DNA of 64,000 bases from Chitinophaga pinensis (lineage in GTDB: Bacteria > Bacteroidota > Bacteroidia > NS11-12g > UBA955): positions 5,375-69,374 of the forward strand of contig CAMDUE010000014.1 in the NCBI GenBank assembly GCA_945877575.1. Direction: 5' to 3'. Position 1 is the first letter of the stretch. Each line of letters opens with the position of its first letter. Below the pieces are notes generated by a model, which had not been told where the DNA came from, did no database searches, and was given only the letters and a program-made list of their open reading frames with translations. A program made the position numbers and the translations under genes. Below are positions 1 through 8,843 of this stretch, piece after piece.

Positions 1-3000
1 TTTAGTCATGGTATCCTTACAACCTGTAGAGTCTCCAGCTACATTTCTAAAGGTATAAACACCAGAGTCATTTTTGTAGTACAAATCACTTCCACCACCC
101 AATTGAATGTATGGATTGTTCGTTGAACCAACCGAAGTTCCACCGTATGGCGATCCACCAAAAATAGTCACTTTATTGGTAGTATCGTCATCACCTTTAT
201 TCCAATCCCAACGAGTTCTTGGCTCTAAATTCTTACCGTAACGATTTGCATCTTTCCAATAATCGTATTGGGTTGGGTTTTCTAATGGATTAGGATTCCA
301 GTAGTAATTCCAATCCCACTGACCATTATTCTGAGGGTCAACGTTGAAGTAACGATAATCTGGTGCAAACACCAAACTCTCACCTTGATCTTGACAAACA
401 ATAGAATCCGTAAACTTATCTTGTATCATCGCAAAACCTACGATGATGGGTTGTCCCCAAATAGCTTCACACTTTCCATTGTTTGAGGTCATACTCAAAC
501 TCATGATATGGAACCCTGAATATTCAGGAACAAAGCGATAAGCTCTAATCTTTTGTTTATTCGCTGGATTAGTCCAAGTATCTATGGGAGTAATCACAGA
601 ATCTCTGAAATGCAACACAAAAGTTGAATCTGGATCTGGAACATAATAGTATCTAATGTCTTTACCAAAACCGGTAGTATCAATACAACCATAAGCACCT
701 GTTTTAGGCTGACCAATAACTCCAGTATCATTCCAAATCATCTTGAAAATTTGAGCATCAGTCAAAGAGAATGGGTCAAATCCGCGATCTTCCAATTTCT
801 TCTTGATATTTTCCCAAACTTTGGAAACGTCAGCAGCCATGGTATACTTTCTGATTTCAGCAGTAATTATTGTATCTGGACCGCCATATACTTTAGCTTG
901 ACCATCATACCAATCATTTGAACATGCTCCCTGGTAAGGTCTTTCACGACCTCTGGTTTGAACAATGTAATTATAAATATACTTTTTATTCTGACCAGGT
1001 ACGTTCTTTTGATAATGGAAATAATCCTCTTGAATGAATGAATTCCAGCTTCTTGCATAGTATGGACCTGCATCACCAGTTGACAACATCCATCTCATTG
1101 ATTTCAAGTCACGGGTATTGGTCTTGTTAGCAGCGATTTCGCGCACAATGACCTCATCCCACTTACAAATCTTGCGGAATCCGCTTGGACCAGGAGTTGG
1201 CTTTACAATTTCAGATGCAGGATCTATCAATGGGAAACAAGCAAACTTATCATAGTAATGGGTATCTTGACACAACGGACGCTTACCATTATTACCATTC
1301 CACTTAGTCCATAAAGTAGCACCCGGAACTTTTTGAATTCCGTTACCCACTATAATACCAACAGTTACACACTGAGTCTTGGTATTACAAACTCCAGAGG
1401 CAGGATATTGCCAAGAGAATCTGCTTGGTACACTTCCGCTCAAGTTATAGGCTGTATTCCACCAAGGACCGGGAGGATTCAACGGACGTCCACCTGGGTT
1501 TAATCCATTCAATGGCACCCAACCATTTGGATTACAGAATGTATCGTAATTGATTTGAACCTCAGAAAATGAACATCCAGGTTTCAAATCACTCAATATA
1601 AACGTGACACCATAGGTTGGATTCGCAGCCCCTAAACACTCAACGGCGTCCTTAATCAATCCACTTCCAACACCACCAGCGTTTGCATGCAATAATGCCA
1701 ATTGCTTAACTGCTTCACTTTCACACTTCAACACATGGCAGGTATCTCTATGATTTAATTTCACCTGGTTACAAGATGGAATGCGTGAATAATACAGCTC
1801 TCTGAAACGGTTATAATTAATGAAATAATCAAAACCAGCCTTACCATTTGGAATGCGTTTGAAAGAATCAATGATGTTCAGTTTCTCTCCCTTTGCCCAA
1901 CGAATCTTCATCAAATTCCTTGGTAGTGTATCGGGTTTCAAGTATAGTGTAAATAGGTATTCAAAACTATCCGTTTTGCTCTTAATCAATATATTTGAAT
2001 TGGGCCTCATTAAAGTATCTGTCGGGCCCACAATCATTTGTTCTGAACCTTTGACACCAGCATAAATAGTATCCTTTGCTCCTAAACGAACCTTGATGTA
2101 ATCTTCCATGTAACGCTCAGCCGGACCCAATACCTTTTTCTCCAATCTCCATATTGGTTTCACTTTTGAACCAGTAGATTGATATGTGGCTGAGTCTTTT
2201 TCCCATCTACCAGTCCAAACACCCGTTGCCGGATTAAATGAATAATTTGGATTCCAAACAGGAGGGATAGCCATCAACGAATCAAAATAAACATAGAATA
2301 TAGAGTCCGCAAAAACAGGAACTCGCTTACACAATCCGTTGCTATCTATGAAAATCGCATCTTCCATCGGACTTCTCTTAAAGTCTGATAGCATCACTAA
2401 ATCCCAAGAGCGATAGTAGTGAAAAGGAATAGAGTCATGTGAATATGCACAGTTTACCGTAACGTTTTTATTTTTTACAACGTCAGTGGTACATTTCGAT
2501 CCAAAATTATCTCCGAAATCCCACAAGCGAACAACACAATAATTTTCCCTTTTCAATGGATCGTTTCCTCCAGCAGGCGAAACACCACCACTAGGTACAT
2601 ATACTGTAGAGTCACCACGGGTGTTTCTTTCTTTGCGCTTTGGCGCTTCCCAAATTTGAATAGGCTTCTTTGTCACGTTATTCCATTGGAAAGTATGTCC
2701 CAATGCAGTAGTACCATTCTTATAGAATGTACTATCATCATCGGTATAATCTTTATCGTTGTGATAGAACGTAGAATAGTTTCTAAATCCTACCGTATCC
2801 ATAACATCTTTCGGACACTGATATACCTGCCAATCAGGAATTCGGTCACCCATAATGTCAATGGTTGAATTAGGTCCTAATATAATAATGGTATCATAAA
2901 CTTCACGGTCACCACAAATTGGATGCTTGTATTGAAGTTTAACCAAAAACGGACCTAGACCAGAGAAATCGTGACTTGGCGACCAAGTTCTGTTGTTAAA

Positions 3001-4050
3001 ATTCTGAGGACCTGTATTAGGGTCACCAAAAGTCCATAATAAACCACTCGCTCCTGATGGAACTATATTGGTTCTAAAATCAATGGTTGGTTCAGAAATA
3101 CAGGTACTGTCTTTACTTGCTAATATGATTACATTAGAAGCAAAAACAGTTGCAGTTGCTGTCATAGAGAATGAATCTTTACAACCATCCTTGGTACGAA
3201 TAATCAATTTAGAATTGTAGACACCTTGTCCATAAAACCATTTTTTCAAGTCTGGACCCCATGTTTTGGAAGTAATATTTGGGTCTGCTTCCATCCAAAC
3301 GGTTCCGTCTCCCCAATACCACCATATTGAGTCAACCGCGTTAACACCAATACGAGAAACATTTTTCACCAACGCCAATACTGAATCACACTGAATAGGC
3401 TTATTACTTGTAAAGGCAGCTCCAATCTTTTCACGTACAAAAACTGCACCCACTAAATTTTGAGTATCAGTACATCCGTTTTTATCTATTGCCTCAACAA
3501 ACAAATCAAACGGACCTCCGCGTACGTCCTTAATTGAAAAACAAATTTTGTTTGGCAACACTGATGGTGGAAAGTCATAATCAAACAACTGTCCGTCAGA
3601 AACCAAATATTGCGTGCGAATCACAGGCGACCCACTTGGAGTTTCGGTGCTATCAATGAAACAGAACAAGTTGTTCTGAAAACATTGACTGTCCATAGTA
3701 ACAATACTCATTTTGATCTTTGGTTTATCCTTGATAACCAAGTTCACCGTGCTCGTACATTGCTGTCCATTTGACAAAGTAGTAATGTAAGTAGCTTTGG
3801 CATTGCCTGCCTTTGAAAATGCAAACGTAGCATTCTGAGGACCGTTGTTGGTAAAATCTGTACCTCCATCGTTGAATGTCCATTTGTGATTGCTACCTTG
3901 AGCACTTCCTACGAAAGTAATGGGTGCACCTACGCACAAACTACCGTCGAAAGTAATGTTACAAGTTTGAGCTGTCAGTTGAAACGCCGAAAAAACCGTC
4001 ACTACAAATAGTGACAGCCAGCCTTTCAGATTTGAGGAAAATCCTTTCAT
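1..4050 (-). CDS. Large Cys-rich PKD-domain surface protein, probable T9SS cargo; partial, runs off the left edge (>=1350 aa)
   Basis: Not in the ORF track because its stop lies outside the window. My translation from ATG 4050 gives MKGFSSNLKGWLSLFVVTVFSAFQLTA|QTC (signal peptide). PKD motifs WYWGDG, WTFGDP, WDFGD and GCTDT/GCKDS strands are present. The frame was open in the segments I translated and reads GCKDTMTK at position 1. Confidence 0.85.
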   Translation of the reverse strand, partial: MKGFSSNLKGWLSLFVVTVFSAFQLTAQTCNITFDGSLCVGAPITFVGSAQGSNHKWTFNDGGTDFTNNGPQNATFAFSKAGNAKATYITTLSNGQQCTSTVNLVIKDKPKIKMSIVTMDSQCFQNNLFCFIDSTETPSGSPVIRTQYLVSDGQLFDYDFPPSVLPNKICFSIKDVRGGPFDLFVEAIDKNGCTDTQNLVGAVFVREKIGAAFTSNKPIQCDSVLALVKNVSRIGVNAVDSIWWYWGDGTVWMEADPNITSKTWGPDLKKWFYGQGVYNSKLIIRTKDGCKDSFSMTATATVFASNVIILASKDSTCISEPTIDFRTNIVPSGASGLLWTFGDPNTGPQNFNNRTWSPSHDFSGLGPFLVKLQYKHPICGDREVYDTIIILGPNSTIDIMGDRIPDWQVYQCPKDVMDTVGFRNYSTFYHNDKDYTDDDSTFYKNGTTALGHTFQWNNVTKKPIQIWEAPKRKERNTRGDSTVYVPSGGVSPAGGNDPLKRENYCVVRLWDFGDNFGSKCTTDVVKNKNVTVNCAYSHDSIPFHYYRSWDLVMLSDFKRSPMEDAIFIDSNGLCKRVPVFADSIFYVYFDSLMAIPPVWNPNYSFNPATGVWTGRWEKDSATYQSTGSKVKPIWRLEKKVLGPAERYMEDYIKVRLGAKDTIYAGVKGSEQMIVGPTDTLMRPNSNILIKSKTDSFEYLFTLYLKPDTLPRNLMKIRWAKGEKLNIIDSFKRIPNGKAGFDYFINYNRFRELYYSRIPSCNQVKLNHRDTCHVLKCESEAVKQLALLHANAGGVGSGLIKDAVECLGAANPTYGVTFILSDLKPGCSFSEVQINYDTFCNPNGWVPLNGLNPGGRPLNPPGPWWNTAYNLSGSVPSRFSWQYPASGVCNTKTQCVTVGIIVGNGIQKVPGATLWTKWNGNNGKRPLCQDTHYYDKFACFPLIDPASEIVKPTPGPSGFRKICKWDEVIVREIAANKTNTRDLKSMRWMLSTGDAGPYYARSWNSFIQEDYFHYQKNVPGQNKKYIYNYIVQTRGRERPYQGACSNDWYDGQAKVYGGPDTIITAEIRKYTMAADVSKVWENIKKKLEDRGFDPFSLTDAQIFKMIWNDTGVIGQPKTGAYGCIDTTGFGKDIRYYYVPDPDSTFVLHFRDSVITPIDTWTNPANKQKIRAYRFVPEYSGFHIMSLSMTSNNGKCEAIWGQPIIVGFAMIQDKFTDSIVCQDQGESLVFAPDYRYFNVDPQNNGQWDWNYYWNPNPLENPTQYDYWKDANRYGKNLEPRTRWDWNKGDDDTTNKVTIFGGSPYGGTSVGSTNNPYIQLGGGSDLYYKNDSGVYTFRNVAGDSTGCKDTMTK

Positions 4051-4076
4051 AATTGAACGTTTTTCTGCTAAAATGT

Positions 4077-4084
4077 CAAAAATA
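4077..4084 (-). promoter_or_regulatory. Bacteroidota -7 promoter box (TATTTTTG) for the PKD gene
   Basis: Matches TAnnTTTG, 26 nt upstream of ATG 4050. Confidence 0.45.
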
Positions 4085-4152
4085 AACGATTTGCGCCGGA
4101 AACCCAAAGCACAAGCATCGTTTGTTTCAGTATATTTCTTCATTTTCATATT

Positions 4153-5001
4153 TTATCTAATTAAATTTAACACCCATTGGTCGCCTTCCGACACTTGCGT
4201 CTTTTTGTTTTTAGTCTTCAATATCACCTTATAAGTTCCTGCCGAACAAGGAATTCCCAAGTGATCTCCAGCCCATTTTCGATTCTTATCTGTGGTACCA
4301 AACACCTTCATTCCTGCACGATTTAAGACTACTATCTCAAGAAAATCTGAAGTATTTAATTCCACAAAAAACGAGTCGTTTATACCATCTCCGTTGGGCG
4401 TAAAAACATTTGGTTTGACATCATTATCCGCACCCCAATGTTCAGGCAAACCAAAGGTTTGAATTTCTTCTTTCTGTTTATCCATCAGATCATTTTTGAC
4501 ATTAATCCGACTTTCACTAATGCCCCGAACTGGAATATTTTCCTCAACATTTAGCGCCGAAAAATCATTTTCCGCCAATTCTTCTTCAACATCTTCCACC
4601 ATCACATCTACAGTAGGTTCACCAAATGTGTAATCAATGGTTTGAATAACACCTCTAATAGTATCTGAATAAACCTCCTGAGGAGCTACCAGTTTTTCAG
4701 GCATCAAAATTTCTTTAATTTCTTCTTTCTTTTCGGGGGATATTTTCACTTGTTTAAGTTCATCATCTCCCATCCATAAAACACCGCCAACCGAAATTCC
4801 AACTATAGCTGTAACACCTGCAATTTTCAATCCCAATGCACCACCCCAAAAAGTTGATGTGGATTGAGCCACTGCTTGTTGTGATACACCTGTAGTTAAC
4901 TGATTTTGAACAGCCTCCATCATTCCTGATGGAGCAGAAACTTGAGCATCACTCAATTTTGACCGAAATAATTCATCGATATGTTCCAAACCTTCAGTCA
5001 T
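4153..5001 (-). CDS. Putative anti-sigma factor with C-terminal T9SS type-B (gliding motility-associated, CHU_C-like) domain
   Basis: N-terminal IDELFRSKL...P...EAVQNQL anti-sigma-like segment, one TM helix and an acidic linker, then PNVFTPNGDGINDSF...GTY...LNLIR. Overlaps the end of the ECF sigma gene. Confidence 0.75.
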   Translation of the reverse strand: MTEGLEHIDELFRSKLSDAQVSAPSGMMEAVQNQLTTGVSQQAVAQSTSTFWGGALGLKIAGVTAIVGISVGGVLWMGDDELKQVKISPEKKEEIKEILMPEKLVAPQEVYSDTIRGVIQTIDYTFGEPTVDVMVEDVEEELAENDFSALNVEENIPVRGISESRINVKNDLMDKQKEEIQTFGLPEHWGADNDVKPNVFTPNGDGINDSFFVELNTSDFLEIVVLNRAGMKVFGTTDKNRKWAGDHLGIPCSAGTYKVILKTKNKKTQVSEGDQWVLNLIR

Positions 5002-5530
5002 TTTTCAATCGTTGTTGAAGCCATTTTCTGGCCTTAAAAAGTTGTGTTTTACTGGTACTCTCTGATATCCCCAAAGAACTTGCAATTTCTTGGTGAGTAA
5101 ATCCTTCAATTGCATACAAGTTAAAAACCGTTCTATAACCAAGTGGGAGCTTCGACAATAGTTTTAGTAGGTCGTTGGCTTGCAATTGATCCGCTGCAGT
5201 ATTGAACTGAACCTCTACAGATTCATTTGATTCCAAATCATCAAATAGTTTAGATTTATCCTTTCTTATAGCATCAAGACATTGATTCACTGTTATGCGC
5301 TTCATCCAGCCCTCAAATGAGCCTTCAAACCTGAAATCAGGTAACTTTTGAAAAATGCGTATGAGTGATTCTTGAAACATGTCCTTCGCTTGATCATCTG
5401 AAGATGCGTACCGACAACAAATGGCAAAAAGTTTGGATGAAAACAATTGATAAAGTTGATTTTGTGCCGATGGCAATCCATCGATACAACTCTTGATCAA
5501 CTCTTGTTCTTGTTCCGTACTCAATGACAT
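4994..5530 (-). CDS. ECF RNA polymerase sigma-70 factor
   Basis: Region 2 (DMFQESLIRIFQKL, FEGWMKRITVN) and region 4 (LPLGYRTVFNLYAIEGFTHQEIA...STSKTQLFKAR). Confidence 0.95.
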   Translation of the reverse strand: MSLSTEQEQELIKSCIDGLPSAQNQLYQLFSSKLFAICCRYASSDDQAKDMFQESLIRIFQKLPDFRFEGSFEGWMKRITVNQCLDAIRKDKSKLFDDLESNESVEVQFNTAADQLQANDLLKLLSKLPLGYRTVFNLYAIEGFTHQEIASSLGISESTSKTQLFKARKWLQQRLKND

Positions 5531-5561
5531 TTGATGAGTTCATTTCCTCAAATTTCCTTTA

Positions 5562-5588
5562 AGATGCGTATTCACTTCTCAAAGTTGT
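5562..5588 (-). promoter_or_regulatory. Candidate ECF autoregulatory promoter (CAAC-N16-GCATCT)
   Basis: Minus strand reads ACAACttttgagaagtgaatacGCATCT about 30 nt upstream of the sigma ATG. The AAC -35 element and spacing are typical of ECF promoters. Confidence 0.45.
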
Positions 5589-5598
5589 CTGAGATTGA

Positions 5599-6714
5599 TT
5601 AATTTTTTTTATCGAGCATCACTCGTACAATCTTAAATGTTGCGTCAGTAAAAAGCGCTTTCAAATGAGCATTTCGTTCAACTTCAAATAGACATTGCTC
5701 CAAAACTTGAACCAATTTTTCTATTTGCTCAACAGAAAATTGCAATTTTTTAAAGCTCTCAACAAACTCTCCTTCCCTGCCCTTCCATGTATTCAATTCA
5801 GGCACATAAGCTATCACCAAAACAGACCTCATTAAGGCCAAACCGTATGCTAAAAATGCTTTGATTCCTTCTTTCCCCAATGTTGACAACTCATCGGTCC
5901 AAGCATTGGCTTCAGCCGGTTTTACACGGTAACACATTCCCATCCAATTCCTCCACATCTCAAAATAAGGACTCTCAACACCCTGCATAAGATCTACAGC
6001 TACCCTAAAATCACCATCGGCCATTAATGCGATTCGCGTTGATTGATCTTCACTTAACTGAAAATCTGCAACCAAGTGATCTCTTAATTCTCCCATCTCA
6101 ATAGGAGGAATTCTCACCGATTGAGTTCGCGATAAAATAGTTCCCAAAACCTTCTCAGAACTCTCAGCTACCAGTAAAAACAACGTATTTAACGGCGGTT
6201 CCTCAATGATTTTCAGCAAGGTATTTCCAACATCCCCCAAAAACTCAGGAAGCCATAAAATCAGCACTTTATACTCTGATTCAAACGCCATCAAAGACAA
6301 GCTCTTGATAATTTCTCTGCATTCTGCAATGGGTATGTTTCCTTGCTTCTTCTCGGCCCCTAAATCTTTCATCCAAGTATTGTAATCAATATATGGATTT
6401 GACAGAAATGACTTCCTCCAAGTTTCCAGATTCTCGGATGCAATTTTTCCTTTATCTGAGGAAAACGGAAAACTGAAATGCAAATCAGGATGAGTCAATG
6501 TTTCATACTTTCTACATGAACTGCACTCTCCACAGGAATCATGCTCCAACCTATTTTTACAAGAAATAAATTGGGCGTATGCTACGGCTAAAGGCAACGA
6601 TCCGTGTCCTGATTTCCCCAAAAACAATTGTGCATGAGGAATTCTTCCAGCATTCACATTGCTTCTCAACTTATCTTTCAAAGTTCTATGCCCTATAATT
6701 TGAGAAAACTTCAA
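5599..6714 (-). CDS. holB: DNA polymerase III delta' subunit
   Basis: IPHAQLFLG, zinc motif C..CGECSSC, HPDLHF, LLKIIEEPP, TILSR. Confidence 0.92.
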   Translation of the reverse strand: MKFSQIIGHRTLKDKLRSNVNAGRIPHAQLFLGKSGHGSLPLAVAYAQFISCKNRLEHDSCGECSSCRKYETLTHPDLHFSFPFSSDKGKIASENLETWRKSFLSNPYIDYNTWMKDLGAEKKQGNIPIAECREIIKSLSLMAFESEYKVLILWLPEFLGDVGNTLLKIIEEPPLNTLFLLVAESSEKVLGTILSRTQSVRIPPIEMGELRDHLVADFQLSEDQSTRIALMADGDFRVAVDLMQGVESPYFEMWRNWMGMCYRVKPAEANAWTDELSTLGKEGIKAFLAYGLALMRSVLVIAYVPELNTWKGREGEFVESFKKLQFSVEQIEKLVQVLEQCLFEVERNAHLKALFTDATFKIVRVMLDKKN

Positions 6715-6734
6715 AAAATATATTTAGAAAAAAC

Positions 6735-7127
6735 CTACAGAAACCGTTTTATTTCCTCAGCTATTATAGCTAATTCTTCCTGAGTAGGGGTTAATTTGGG
6801 TTGAGTAAAATTGATGTCGCCCACATGATTTAAAGGCACCAAATGAATATGTGCATGTGGAACCTCCAAACCAATAACGGCTATACCCACTCTCTTGCAT
6901 GCAATAGCCTCCTTTACAGCGTGTGCAACAGGCTGTGTAAAAGCCCATAAGGCTGAAAGTTCAGTTGGCGTTAAATCATAAATATAATCAACTTCCTTTT
7001 TTGGGATGCACAAAACATGTCCCATAACCAAAGGCATGATATCTAAGAAGGCCAAATGATGATCATCTTCGTAGATTTTATGACAGGGTATTTCACCTGA
7101 AACAATTTTGGAGAAGATGGTGCTCAT
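6735..7127 (-). CDS. HIT family nucleotide hydrolase
   Basis: TIFSKIVSGEIP start and histidine triad HAHIH. Confidence 0.93.
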   Translation of the reverse strand: MSTIFSKIVSGEIPCHKIYEDDHHLAFLDIMPLVMGHVLCIPKKEVDYIYDLTPTELSALWAFTQPVAHAVKEAIACKRVGIAVIGLEVPHAHIHLVPLNHVGDINFTQPKLTPTQEELAIIAEEIKRFL

Positions 7128-7136
7128 AATCCCAAT

Positions 7137-7610
7137 TTAAATAGAGATATCTAATACTTCTAATTTCACAATACCTGCTGGTACTTGAATTTCAACAATA
7201 GCACCTTTTGCTTTACCCAGCAAACCAGATCCAATAGCACTTTTAACGGAAATTTTATTCTCTTTTAAATTGGCTTCAGTTTCTGACACTAGTTGATAGA
7301 CAGCCTCTTTTCCCACATTGTGGTTTTTCACTTTTACTTTACACAGAATGCATACTTTATCTGTGTTCAATTGGGAACTATCAATCACTCGTGCATTTGC
7401 AAGCAAATGATCCATTTGAGCAATCTTATCTTCTAAGTGACCCTGAGCTTCTTTCGCAGCATCATATTCTGCATTTTCAGATAAATCACCTTTATCTCTT
7501 GCTTCTGCAATTGCTTGAATAATTTTTGGACGCTCAACGTGCTTTAAATTGCTCAATTCAGCCTTTAAAGCATCTAATCCTTCACGTGTAAAATATTGTA
7601 CGTCACTCAT
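7137..7610 (-). CDS. greA: Transcription elongation factor GreA
   Basis: EARDKGDLSENAEYDAAKE and ISVKSAIGSGLLG motifs. Confidence 0.97.
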   Translation of the reverse strand: MSDVQYFTREGLDALKAELSNLKHVERPKIIQAIAEARDKGDLSENAEYDAAKEAQGHLEDKIAQMDHLLANARVIDSSQLNTDKVCILCKVKVKNHNVGKEAVYQLVSETEANLKENKISVKSAIGSGLLGKAKGAIVEIQVPAGIVKLEVLDISI

Positions 7611-7640
7611 GACAATTCTTTTAGTTCTATAGGGTTAATG

Positions 7641-7678
7641 AAAAAAAAAGTTGCACCAACAATTTCTGCTGATGCAAC
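7641..7678 (-). terminator. Intrinsic terminator between the PorV-like gene and greA, inside the probable greA leader
   Basis: Minus strand reads GTTGCATCAGCA-GAAAT-TGTTGGTGCAAC then T9: a 12-bp stem with two G-U pairs. Confidence 0.8.
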
Positions 7679-7683
7679 ATTTT

Positions 7684-7691
7684 CAAATATA
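7684..7691 (-). promoter_or_regulatory. -7 promoter box (TATATTTG) immediately upstream of the greA leader hairpin
   Basis: Exact TAnnTTTG, 5 nt before the hairpin. Confidence 0.55.
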
Positions 7692-7701
7692 ATAAAAAAT
7701 C

Positions 7702-8826
7702 TTAATCTTCTGATCCTAATCCAATACGAATTCCGAAAGAATGAACACCATTAAATGGATTTGTTGCGCGGTAATTGTAATCTAAAGAAACCACATTACC
7801 ATCTTTACCGTGCCAATCATAACTCAAACCAGCAAACGGACCAGTAAACGCCGATGGGCGGGTCTCCTCATTAAAAATACCCTCTTGATAGCAATATCCT
7901 CCGCGTAACATAATCATGTCTTTGTATGCATACTCCAAAGAAAGTGTTGTTTGGTTCGTAATGAAAGAGTGATTTGTAAAAGCAAATCCTACAGTCAAAC
8001 GATTATCATACAAACTTGGTACTTTATCTAATCTCAAATCATAAGAAGCAGCAATGTTCAATAATGCGGGCAACTTCACCACGTCTGTTTTTACTTGCAA
8101 GGTTTTCTCAAACGTTCCATTTTGCAAAGTAGCTTTGTAACTCAATCCATCTCCGCTGTAGCTCATGTCTGGACCTATATTCTTCACAGATACGCCAAAC
8201 TTGAAATCATTTCTTTTCAACTTCGAAGCATTTGCAAATAAAGTAGTGGTGTACTGAACACCTGCATCCAGAGCCAAACCCGATGCACTTGCATCTGGAA
8301 TACCTTCAGTCACCATTCGCGCTGTAATACCCGCCGAAATACTATTACTGAAACTCTTACCATAAGAAACGCCAATATTGGTCATATTCACTCGGTAAGT
8401 ACCAATACCACCATAAGGATTGTCTTCCGTAGTTGTTTGAATGGGTTGCACACCGAACTGCATAACTTGAACACCTAATGTCCCTGCAGTACCGTCTTCT
8501 CCCATTTTTACTGCAAAACCAAGATTATTGATTCCTATTCCAGAACCCATTAACCATTCTGTTCTTGCGAAAACCAATTCTGTTTTGTTGGTCATACGAT
8601 CCAAACCACCAACGTTCATAAACATCGCTTCTGAACCTCTAACACCGCCTGCACCTGACCAACCTAAACCACCTGAACGAGCCCAACCATTAATAGTCAA
8701 TTGCATCGCGCCTGCTTGTCCTTGTCTTTCAGGATTTCCAGCAAAAACTGAAGTAGCCATCAATCCTAAGCAAAGGGCAGAAAAACCAGACTTTATATGT
8801 GTTTTATTTAATTTCATTTTTGTCAA
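7702..8826 (-). CDS. PorV/PorQ-family outer-membrane beta-barrel
   Basis: Signal peptide, GQAGAMQLTINGWARSGGLG and AMFMNVGGL (PorV/FadL-like N-terminus), amphipathic strands, C-terminal HSFGIRIGL. Confidence 0.8.
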   Translation of the reverse strand: MTKMKLNKTHIKSGFSALCLGLMATSVFAGNPERQGQAGAMQLTINGWARSGGLGWSGAGGVRGSEAMFMNVGGLDRMTNKTELVFARTEWLMGSGIGINNLGFAVKMGEDGTAGTLGVQVMQFGVQPIQTTTEDNPYGGIGTYRVNMTNIGVSYGKSFSNSISAGITARMVTEGIPDASASGLALDAGVQYTTTLFANASKLKRNDFKFGVSVKNIGPDMSYSGDGLSYKATLQNGTFEKTLQVKTDVVKLPALLNIAASYDLRLDKVPSLYDNRLTVGFAFTNHSFITNQTTLSLEYAYKDMIMLRGGYCYQEGIFNEETRPSAFTGPFAGLSYDWHGKDGNVVSLDYNYRATNPFNGVHSFGIRIGLGSED

Positions 8827-8843
8827 TCTTAAACTTAAAACTA

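Noticed and set aside
867-2868. Short ORFs 867-1076, 1853-2065 and 2656-2868
   Set aside because: They lie inside or antisense to the long PKD reading frame (1-4050, minus strand).
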